Positions 23,373 through 31,217 of a stretch of DNA of 32,000 bases are shown one piece after another; the stretch's first letter is position 1; the number at the start of each line of letters is the position of its first letter. A program made the translations under genes and the position numbers. This stretch comes from Ktedonobacterales bacterium (GTDB lineage: Bacteria > Chloroflexota > Ktedonobacteria > Ktedonobacterales > JADMIN01). The stretch covers positions 1,080,001 to 1,112,000 of the forward strand of contig CP126532.1 in the NCBI GenBank assembly GCA_030167145.1, in the 5' to 3' direction. The notes beneath the pieces were generated by a model. That model did not search any database, was not told the DNA's origin, and was given only the letters and a program-made list of their open reading frames with translations.

Positions 23373-25337
23373 GTGGATCAGAGCGACGAGCAGACCGCAG
23401 ACGTCACCACGCAAGACGAACAGCGGGTAGACGCAAACCCGGAGGCCGGGGCAAAGGCAGCCGATGCGGCGACAACCGACCAGGGCGAGAACACGTCGGA
23501 GACCGCTGGTGACGCGCCCAGCGCAGGGGCGGCTGATGGCGAGCCAGACGCGGGTGCGTCCGCGAATGGGACGACGCAGGAGCCTGAGGCCACGAGCAAA
23601 GGCACACCAGATGAGCATGCGCCGCTGACGCCGGGAACGCGGCTGGATTTCCTGGTGATTGATCGTCTGGTGAAGGATACGGCGGACGAGCGTGTGTATC
23701 TGGTGTACGAGGCGGGACGCGAGAAGCTTCTGGAAGATCGCATGCTCATCCATGAGGGCGAAGAGGGCGCGTTCAATGGCGTGGCGGAGATGATGAGTAG
23801 CAGTCTGCGTCATCCGCGGCTGCTGGCGCCACGTCTGATCCTCTCGCGAGAGGGCCATGACTATTTGGTGTTGGATGCGCTGACTGGGCCGAACGGCGAC
23901 TTGCTGCCCACGGCGCAGAAGAGTGGCACACGGCTGGACGTGGTGGATGCCTTGCGCGCTGGTATCGGTATTGGCGATGCGCTGAATTACCTGCATCGCA
24001 ATGATGTCGCTCATCTGCACGTTGCGCCCGATACGCTGATTGTAGTGAATGGACGCACGTACCTGACTGGGGTGGAGCAGGGGAGTTATCTTGCCAGGAA
24101 AGATGATCCCACGCCGCTCTATGCGCAGGACGCCAACAGTCTGGCGCGTGCGCTTGGCGCCTTGGCGGGGATCGCGGGCGATGAGGGCGAAGACACGGAG
24201 GACATGGCGCGCGAGAATCTACGCCGCATCGTCGCATATGGTGAGGCGGATGGATTCACCAGCCCAACGGAGGTGGTGACGGCCTGTGGGGTAGCCATCG
24301 AGAGCGCCGCACGGGCATTGCCGATTCCGCCCGCCGAGAACACCACAGAGCGAATTGCGCTGACCTACGCCACAGCGACAACGGTGGGTATGGTACGCTC
24401 GCAGAACCAGGATGCCTGCGCCGCAATGATCTTTGACGTATACGACGATCAAGCGGCAGGGGAGCCGCTGGCAGTGTTTTTGGTGGCAGATGGCATGGGC
24501 GGCGAAGCGCATGGTGAGGTTGCCAGCCGCATTGCCGCGCGCACGGTGCCCATCGAGTTGATGAGCGCACTGGCGCTGCCCCGGCTCAGCCGCGCGCTGC
24601 GGCCTGAGGTGGGGGTGCCTACCGTCGGCCAGGATTCGCCAGCAGATAAGGAGCGCGCAGAGACAGACGCTGGCAAGCCCGCTGAAGATGCAGTAGATGC
24701 GCAAGAAACGGCAAACGAGGAGTTGAGCCTGGCGCACGCGCTGGTACGCGCCTCTGAGGCGGCGAACGCGCGGATACGAGCGCTGGTAGCCGAGATTGGC
24801 CGTGCGTCGGGCACGACACTGACGGCGTTGGCGATGCACGGTACACAGGCTGCGCTGGCGCATGTGGGCGATAGTCGCGCGTATCTGCTGCGCAACAAGG
24901 TGCTGGTGGCGCTAACAGACGACCATTCGGTGCTGGCACGCCTGCAAATGCTCGACCATCCGCTGCTGAGCGACCCGGATGTGTTCATTCCGCGTAGCAT
25001 GCTCTATCGCTCGCTCGGTCAGGAGGATGAGATGCTGCCGGATTTGCTGGAGTTGCGGCTGGCGGCTGGCGATCGGCTGGTGCTATGCTCGGATGGGCTG
25101 TGGGACGAAGTGGATGCGGAGGCCACGGGCACGATTCTCGGCGAGGCTAGCGATCCGGCGTCATGCGCGCAGGCGCTGGTGCGAGCCGCCAATACCGCCG
25201 GTGGGCACGACAATAGTACGGCGGTGGCCGTCTTTGTTCACGCGGTGCCAGAGGACGAGGCAGCGAGCATGCCGCGTCCTGACGACGATGAGGATGCCAA
25301 CGCCTGGATGCCAGAACCCAGTGAGCCAGGGAAATAG
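23373..25337 (+). CDS. PP2C-family Ser/Thr phosphatase with an acidic N-terminal tail and a degenerate kinase-like middle domain
   Basis: PP2C motifs are RSQNQDA, FLVADGMGGEAHGEVAS, GTTLTA, VGDSRAYLL, LCSDGLWD and GGHDNSTAV. The region ~23640-24240 has YLHRNDVAHLHVAPDTLIV, resembling a kinase catalytic loop. No GxGxxG, VAIK Lys or DFG was recognised. GTG start. Confidence 0.8.
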   Translation: MDQSDEQTADVTTQDEQRVDANPEAGAKAADAATTDQGENTSETAGDAPSAGAADGEPDAGASANGTTQEPEATSKGTPDEHAPLTPGTRLDFLVIDRLVKDTADERVYLVYEAGREKLLEDRMLIHEGEEGAFNGVAEMMSSSLRHPRLLAPRLILSREGHDYLVLDALTGPNGDLLPTAQKSGTRLDVVDALRAGIGIGDALNYLHRNDVAHLHVAPDTLIVVNGRTYLTGVEQGSYLARKDDPTPLYAQDANSLARALGALAGIAGDEGEDTEDMARENLRRIVAYGEADGFTSPTEVVTACGVAIESAARALPIPPAENTTERIALTYATATTVGMVRSQNQDACAAMIFDVYDDQAAGEPLAVFLVADGMGGEAHGEVASRIAARTVPIELMSALALPRLSRALRPEVGVPTVGQDSPADKERAETDAGKPAEDAVDAQETANEELSLAHALVRASEAANARIRALVAEIGRASGTTLTALAMHGTQAALAHVGDSRAYLLRNKVLVALTDDHSVLARLQMLDHPLLSDPDVFIPRSMLYRSLGQEDEMLPDLLELRLAAGDRLVLCSDGLWDEVDAEATGTILGEASDPASCAQALVRAANTAGGHDNSTAVAVFVHAVPEDEAASMPRPDDDEDANAWMPEPSEPGK

Positions 25338-25354
25338 CAGGGAGAAGCGTGTAT

Positions 25355-26101
25355 ATGACTGCCCCACATTCGATAGTGACTTACAATCTGGCGGGACGTG
25401 TTGCGCTGATCCCTGGCGGGCTGGGAGGCTTGGGCAGCGCAGTGAGCCAGGCGTTCGTCGAAGCAGGGGCGACGGTGATCACAGCGGGCGCGAGTGAGTC
25501 GCCAGCGGAGCTGGATGCGCTGCAGACGGCGCTCGGCGTGGATGGGGAGCGACTGTCATACCAGCGCGCGGATGCCGGGCAGGAGGCCGACGTGGAAGCG
25601 CTGGTGTGGTCCGTGGTGGAGCAGCATCACCGGCTCGACATCCTGGTGAATCTGATCGGCGGGTGGTCGGCAGGGCAGCCTGTCACGGCGCTGGAGCTTT
25701 CCACCTGGCAGAAGATGTTCGATCTGAATCTGCGTACCGCGTTTCTGCTGGCCAAGCACGCCGCGCATCCCATGACCCAGCAGAATTGGGGGCGGATCCT
25801 GCATGTATCGTCGCGCACCGCGCGCAGCGGGCGGCGCAATGCTGCCGCCTATGCCATCTCGAAGAACGCGGTGATTAACCTCGCCGAGATTCAGGCTGAA
25901 GAACTGCGCGAGGCGCGCATTACGGTGAACGCCATTCTGCCGAGCATTATAGATACGCCAGCCAACCGCGCGAGCATGCCCAACGTTGACTTCTCGCGCT
26001 GGCCGAAGGCTGAGGAGGTCGCGCGGGTGCTGCTCTTCCTGGCGTCGGATGACGCCAAGCTGATTAGCGGCGCGGCAATCCCCGTCTATGGGCTGGCATG
26101 A
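25355..26101 (+). CDS. SDR family oxidoreductase
   Basis: The cofactor site is ALIPGGLGGLGSAV, with catalytic S...YAISK (YxxxK) and PSIIDTP. GGAGAA SD lies 8 nt before the ATG at 25355. Confidence 0.85.
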   Translation: MTAPHSIVTYNLAGRVALIPGGLGGLGSAVSQAFVEAGATVITAGASESPAELDALQTALGVDGERLSYQRADAGQEADVEALVWSVVEQHHRLDILVNLIGGWSAGQPVTALELSTWQKMFDLNLRTAFLLAKHAAHPMTQQNWGRILHVSSRTARSGRRNAAAYAISKNAVINLAEIQAEELREARITVNAILPSIIDTPANRASMPNVDFSRWPKAEEVARVLLFLASDDAKLISGAAIPVYGLA

Positions 26102-26121
26102 GGCCACATCAGCGACGAGTC

Positions 26122-26832
26122 TTATTCCGCCGCGACCGTGATATTGCCGGCGTCCACCCGCACATGGAGCGTGCCGCTGGGTTGCGCGCCCAACGGACCG
26201 CTGGCGGACTGGCGGGCGAAGTCGCGCGTGGTGTTGACACGCCACCCTGAGACCGAGACGGTGCCGGCCACCGATTGTGCGTCCAGGTAGACATTGGTAT
26301 CGCGGCTCAGAAATAGCCGTGCATTGCCTGCGTTGACGCGCGCATCCAGCGAGGCGCCGGTGGCGAGCGCACCGTGCAGCGTCAGGTTTCCGGCATTCAG
26401 CTTCAGATCAGAGCCGCTGGCGAAGGTGGCACCGCGCGTATCCAGGTTGCCCGCGTTGACTTTGGCGCGGATGCCCCCGGCGATGCCATCAATCGTGGCA
26501 TTACCCGCATTGAGTTGCAGGTCAAGCGTGGTGGCGGCAGGTGTCGTGATGTCAAAATCTACTGTGACATTCTTGCCAATGAGCGACCAGCCTTCTTTGT
26601 TGGTTTCGACGTGGATCGTATTGCCTTGCTGGGATACCTCCACCTGGACACGCCCCAGGTCGGCTTCGCTGGCGGTTCCAAAGATGCCCCCGCGGGCGCG
26701 CTTGGTGACGATTACCGTCACTTGATCCGCAGCGCCCGCCACCACGCGGACATTGCCTGCGAAGTTACGCAGTTCCAGAGTAGGCATGCCTTCGACACGC
26801 AGTTCGTGCTGTTCGGTGATCGTTGCCGCCAT
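26122..26832 (-). CDS. DUF4097-type beta-strand repeat protein
   Basis: Repeated [LV]NAGN[ALI] units occur at least 5 times (LQLNAGNATI, KVNAGNLDT, LKLNAGNLTL, RVNAGNARL, VDAGNITV). GAGGAG SD lies 9 nt before the ATG. Confidence 0.7.
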   Translation of the reverse strand: MAATITEQHELRVEGMPTLELRNFAGNVRVVAGAADQVTVIVTKRARGGIFGTASEADLGRVQVEVSQQGNTIHVETNKEGWSLIGKNVTVDFDITTPAATTLDLQLNAGNATIDGIAGGIRAKVNAGNLDTRGATFASGSDLKLNAGNLTLHGALATGASLDARVNAGNARLFLSRDTNVYLDAQSVAGTVSVSGWRVNTTRDFARQSASGPLGAQPSGTLHVRVDAGNITVAAE

Positions 26833-26863
26833 GGTGAATGCTCCTCTCGCTCCTCTGGTTATG

Positions 26864-26891
26864 TTGACGTACTATCCAGTCGGTATATGAA
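26864..26891 (+). promoter_or_regulatory. Possible promoter TTGACG-16 nt-TATGAA
   Basis: Motif match only, about 115 nt upstream of the PRC-barrel gene. Confidence 0.3.
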
Positions 26892-27005
26892 TCATACCGC
26901 AGAGCGCGAAAAACGTCAAGGACCCATCATGAAGTGGGCCGAATGTGACATGGTATGCGTCTTGCGGAATCACTGCCAGGCATGCACTTTGAAGGAGGCG
27001 CCGCA

Positions 27006-28223
27006 ATGTCACTTCAAGAGAACCCCAACAGCACGGGCATGGACCCGGTGGTGCTCTTCAATATTGCGCCAGGCGCGCTGGCGGTGGGCACGGATGGATT
27101 GCTGGGGACTATCGCGCAGATTGTGGTGGACCGTGCCACAGGTGGGCTGGATGCGCTGATTCTGCGGCGCGGTGACACGGGTACGGAGGTCGAGTTGCCC
27201 GCAACACATATCACACGTTCGACCGGCGATCAGGTATTTCTGGACATTGGCTTCGAAGATTTCACGTCCCATCCGCACCTTGCGATTCCGTATGATCCCA
27301 GCCGCTATGTGCCAGTCGAGCCAAGGCCAGCGAAACCACCGGAGCCGGAGCACAGCGCGGAACCTGCGCCGCCGACGGAGACCCGCACACCTTCTGACGC
27401 GCGTGCGCCGTTCATGCAAAGCAGCCCAACACCAGAAACCACTGGCACGCTGATCGGTGGGAAGCCGAGCACGGGTGGCTATGGCTCCGCATCCTCCGTA
27501 CCCGTGGTGGAAGAGTGGCGGGATGAACAGCCACAGCCGCCAGCAAACACAGGCGAATCGGCGCAGGAGCGCTCGGCGGAAGCTGAGGGCATGCGCGCGG
27601 TGTTTGCCGATGCGGCGAAGATGGCGTCACCGCCGAATCCGGACGCTTTTCCGGAGCTAGATGCCATGGCGGAAGCTGTGACTCAGGCGCAAGAGAAAGC
27701 GCCGCTGCCCGTAACGACGGAAGAAGCCGCCATACAAGAGGACCCCGATCCGTATCCCGAAATGGACCGGTCGCGCGACGTGTCCGATGTGACACAGACG
27801 GCGCTGCCCACCACGCCGGACGCGGCGACGGAAGTGGGTTCGCAGGAGGCGATGCAGGTCTCGGAACACATGATGCGTCCGGAGGAGATCGCCGAAACCA
27901 CACAAAACCCAGTGTCGCGGCCATCGCCGGATGAGATTCCGACACGCCCGCTGCGTGCCGTTGAGCGCATCCAAGAAGAGGATATGAAGCGGCCTGACCA
28001 GCCGCCTGGCACAGCAGGTACCATGAATTTATCGTGGCGACCGAGCGAATACCATGATATGACCGTCTCGCTGCAACCATCTGGGCTGATGAACGTGCTG
28101 ACGCTAGTGCTGGCGGGGGCGGGGTTCACGGCAGGCGTGCTGATCGGCGTCTTTACTTCGATGCGTCGCCGCCGCGAAGAGACATCAGTCCCAGCGCCAG
28201 AGCGGCAGCCAGCCATAGATTGA
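27006..28223 (+). CDS. PRC-barrel domain protein with a long acidic/Pro-rich linker and a C-terminal TM anchor
   Basis: AAGGAGG SD lies 8 nt before the ATG at 27006. The N-terminus VGTDGLLGTIAQIVVDRATGGLDALILRRGDTGTEVELPATHI is PRC-barrel-like. The C-terminus has LMNVLTLVLAGAGFTAGVLIGVF followed by RRRRE. Confidence 0.65.
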   Translation: MSLQENPNSTGMDPVVLFNIAPGALAVGTDGLLGTIAQIVVDRATGGLDALILRRGDTGTEVELPATHITRSTGDQVFLDIGFEDFTSHPHLAIPYDPSRYVPVEPRPAKPPEPEHSAEPAPPTETRTPSDARAPFMQSSPTPETTGTLIGGKPSTGGYGSASSVPVVEEWRDEQPQPPANTGESAQERSAEAEGMRAVFADAAKMASPPNPDAFPELDAMAEAVTQAQEKAPLPVTTEEAAIQEDPDPYPEMDRSRDVSDVTQTALPTTPDAATEVGSQEAMQVSEHMMRPEEIAETTQNPVSRPSPDEIPTRPLRAVERIQEEDMKRPDQPPGTAGTMNLSWRPSEYHDMTVSLQPSGLMNVLTLVLAGAGFTAGVLIGVFTSMRRRREETSVPAPERQPAID

Positions 28224-28685
28224 TATTGCCCGCTCGGTGCGGTGTCGTGGATATGTCACTATGCAAAGTAGGTTTGCATACGTGCGGATAGCATATGTGG
28301 GGCAATGCTTCGTAGGTGCGGGCTGTTAGATCACACATCATCTCGCCGCAAGGTGGGTGAGCTACAAGTCAACACTGGGATCGAAGCAGTCTATACACAG
28401 ACTTCCATACTAAAGGAAACTGTTTTTGACCGGCGAAGGATGTGTCGGCGGTCATCACTGGCAACAGGCCATCGCTCACACACAGCCGCGTGATCATCAG
28501 TTCGGCCCGATTCACCGCTATCCTCCGCGTCTGAAGTTTAGTGGTTCTGGGGACAAGCGGGGATGAACCTGGGCTGCTTACAAACACGGTACACTTCGAG
28601 ACAATCAGGTGGATAGCGGGATAGGGCAGGCGAGCTGAAATCGCGCGCTGCCTAGGCGTGACACGACCATGAGGAGGAGAGAATC

Positions 28686-31193
28686 ATGGCGATGCTCTTT
28701 ACGTTCCTGTATCGCAACCTCAAGGGCTATCGCCTGCTCGTGTTGCTCGCCGTCTTGGTCACTGTCACACAGGTGTTTGTCGCGATCAGTATGGCGTTTC
28801 CCCTAAAGTTTATCCCCAGCAAAGTCCAGAATCCCGGGAACGATCCTTCGTGCCTCTTCCCTTTCCTCAATCCCATTTTGGATAAGTTCGACACCCCACG
28901 GATCGCCCCCGAACTACAGCCGCTGGCTCCTGGCCAGCCACCGCAAGCTCCGGGACTGACGCAATGTCCATATAACCCAAGCCATCCCAGCCCGTACCTG
29001 ATGACCAGTCACCATACCGTCAATGGAGTGATCGTTTTCTCAGTCGTGATGCTGGTTATCCTTGGGCTGATCAATGCTGGCCTAATCTACTTAGACCTCT
29101 TCCTGGCGTCACACATTTCGCAGAATCTCAGCGCCAGGCTGCGAAATCGGCTCTTCGACCATCTCCAGCGCCTCTCGCTTGATTGGCACGGCAAACAGAA
29201 AAAGGGTGATCTGGTCAACCGGATCACAGGCAATGTCGCCGACATCGAGAAATTGGTGACAGACGGCATGGTTGACTTGTTGGCGGGCACGCTGACACTT
29301 GTCGGCGTGATCGTGGTGATGCTTGCCCTCAGCCCAACCTATACGCTGATCGCCGCAACCATCATTCCGGCGCTGTTCCTGATGACTTACACGTATACAC
29401 GCAACATTAAGGCAGCGACCAAGCGGGCGTCAAAGGCGACGGGACAGGTCTCAGATGTGGCGACTGAAGACATCAATGCGCTCACGGTCATCAAGGTCTT
29501 TACGCGCGAGGAACCAGAAAGCAATCGCTTTGGCGGATATGTCGAAACCACCCGTCGCTCAGGTCTGCGGGCAGGCAGATTGCAAGCGCAATTTACGCCA
29601 CTGGTGGGCTTCTTGGTTGCGCTGGGCACCGCAGCGGTCCTTGGGGCGGGTGGTTATTCTGCCGCCGGGAACAACTTTAACCTTGGCCTCGTTACCGTGC
29701 AGCCTCTCAGTATTGATATCGGGCTGCTAGTCCTGTTCATGACATTTCTGGCCCTGCTCTACCAGCCTATGCGTGACCTTTCAAAGCTGAGCACTCTGGC
29801 CGGAACAGCTTCCGCGGGCGTCGAACGCATTCAAGAGGTATTTGATCAGGCTCCCGAAATTCTGGAGAGCCAGACACCCTACCATGGCCCGACCAAACTG
29901 CGCGGTGAGGTCGTTTTCGACAATGTCTACTTTGGCTACACACCTGAACGGGCAGTACTCAAAGGGATCAGCATGCAAGTGCCTACTGGCAAACGGGTGG
30001 GGCTGGTGGGATTGTCCGGCGGCGGCAAGACCACGCTGGTGAAGTTAATCCCGCGTTTCTATGAAGCGCAACAAGGATCGGTACGTATAGACGGACTCGA
30101 TAATCGCCTCTATCCCCTCGCGGTGCTGCGGCGAAATATCAGTATGGTACTTCAGGAATCAGTACTCTTCGAGGGGAGCATTGCAGACAACATTTCCATC
30201 GGCAGACCAGATGCCACACCCGAAGAGGTGGTTGAGGCGGCGCGCAAAGCGAATATACATGAGGTAATCCTGCGGGATCTTGGTGGCTACGAGCGCCTGG
30301 TTACTGAACAAGGCAAAGACCTCTCTGGCGGTCAGCGCCAGCGCATCGCTATCGCCCGCGCGATTCTTCGCGACGCCCCAATCCTGATTCTTGATGAGCC
30401 GACGGCGGCGCTGGATGTTGAGGCCGAAACTGAAGTGATGCGCGCGCTCCACCAATTAGTGGAGGGACGTACGGTGATTATGATCTCTCACCGCCTGAGC
30501 ACACTGGGGAGTGTTGACGAGATCATCGTCCTTAAAGCCGGCCAGATTGCCGAACAGGGAACCTTTGCAGAATTGAAGGAGCGAGGCGGCGTCTTCGCCG
30601 CACTGCTTGAGGAACAGAATCGCTATAACCTCGAAAAGGTGGCGGAACAGAATCGCTATAACCTGCAAAAGGCTGGCAACGACTCCATTGTCCGTTCGGC
30701 CTTTGTGCCGCTGGGGGTGGATGACGACCACCTGTCTCGCCAGCAAGTTCCTCCTGCCACCGACCGGGTGAAAGGAGAGCGCGCGGCACAGCGCGCCGGA
30801 ACTCCGATAGGAATGGCACAGGCAGCGCCAGGAGATGGAAATCGGGGCCCGGCGGATCTTAGCGCTACTGTGATAGCAGTGCAGCGGCAGCAAGCGCCTC
30901 CAGCCGAGATCACCGTTGCGATGGATGGTCAGATACTCACCCGACATGCGCTGAACAAGTCCATCATGACGATTGGCCGGCTCGCGGCAAATGATATTAC
31001 CGTGCCATTGCCGGGTATCTCGCGCACGCACGCGAAGATCGTTGCCAGAAATGGCGCCTGGGTTATTGAGGATACCGAAAGTTTGAATGGGCTGATCTAC
31101 CACGGTGAGCGTGTTGATCGCCTCATCCTGAAGACTGGCGACCGGATCCTTTTAGCGGCAGGAGTGGTGCTGCACTACCAGACGGTATCTTAG
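28686..31193 (+). CDS. ABC exporter (fused TMD-NBD, MsbA-like type I fold) with a C-terminal FHA domain
   Basis: Walker A is GLSGGGKTT, signature LSGGQRQRIAIARA, Walker B ILILDEPTAALD and H-loop ISHRLST. The last 94 aa (30909-31190) carry the FHA signature IGR...ISRTHA...SLNG...GD.I. A ~90-aa loop lies between TM1 and TM2. GAGGAGGAG SD. Confidence 0.85.
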   Translation: MAMLFTFLYRNLKGYRLLVLLAVLVTVTQVFVAISMAFPLKFIPSKVQNPGNDPSCLFPFLNPILDKFDTPRIAPELQPLAPGQPPQAPGLTQCPYNPSHPSPYLMTSHHTVNGVIVFSVVMLVILGLINAGLIYLDLFLASHISQNLSARLRNRLFDHLQRLSLDWHGKQKKGDLVNRITGNVADIEKLVTDGMVDLLAGTLTLVGVIVVMLALSPTYTLIAATIIPALFLMTYTYTRNIKAATKRASKATGQVSDVATEDINALTVIKVFTREEPESNRFGGYVETTRRSGLRAGRLQAQFTPLVGFLVALGTAAVLGAGGYSAAGNNFNLGLVTVQPLSIDIGLLVLFMTFLALLYQPMRDLSKLSTLAGTASAGVERIQEVFDQAPEILESQTPYHGPTKLRGEVVFDNVYFGYTPERAVLKGISMQVPTGKRVGLVGLSGGGKTTLVKLIPRFYEAQQGSVRIDGLDNRLYPLAVLRRNISMVLQESVLFEGSIADNISIGRPDATPEEVVEAARKANIHEVILRDLGGYERLVTEQGKDLSGGQRQRIAIARAILRDAPILILDEPTAALDVEAETEVMRALHQLVEGRTVIMISHRLSTLGSVDEIIVLKAGQIAEQGTFAELKERGGVFAALLEEQNRYNLEKVAEQNRYNLQKAGNDSIVRSAFVPLGVDDDHLSRQQVPPATDRVKGERAAQRAGTPIGMAQAAPGDGNRGPADLSATVIAVQRQQAPPAEITVAMDGQILTRHALNKSIMTIGRLAANDITVPLPGISRTHAKIVARNGAWVIEDTESLNGLIYHGERVDRLILKTGDRILLAAGVVLHYQTVS
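30611..30676 (+). repeat. 33-bp in-frame tandem duplication (EQNRYNLEKVA / EQNRYNLQKAG) in the NBD-FHA linker
   Basis: The first 21 nt of each unit (ggaacagaatcgctataacct) are identical. The remaining 12 nt have diverged. Confidence 0.9.
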
Positions 31194-31217
31194 GGCGGTT
31201 GTGAAAAGGAGTAGGAG

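Noticed and set aside
23274-24020. 248-aa minus-strand ORF opposite the phosphatase gene
   Set aside because: It is antisense to the N-terminal half of the PP2C fusion gene. The product is Arg/Gln/His-rich with no motif and no SD.
26374-27159. 261-aa plus-strand ORF including a Cys-rich segment (MNHTAEREKRQGPIMKWAECDMVCVLRNHCQACTLKEAPQC...)
   Set aside because: Its 5' part is antisense to the DUF4097 gene. Its 3' part overlaps the PRC-barrel gene out of frame. The short Cys-rich stretch lies in the intergenic region without an SD.
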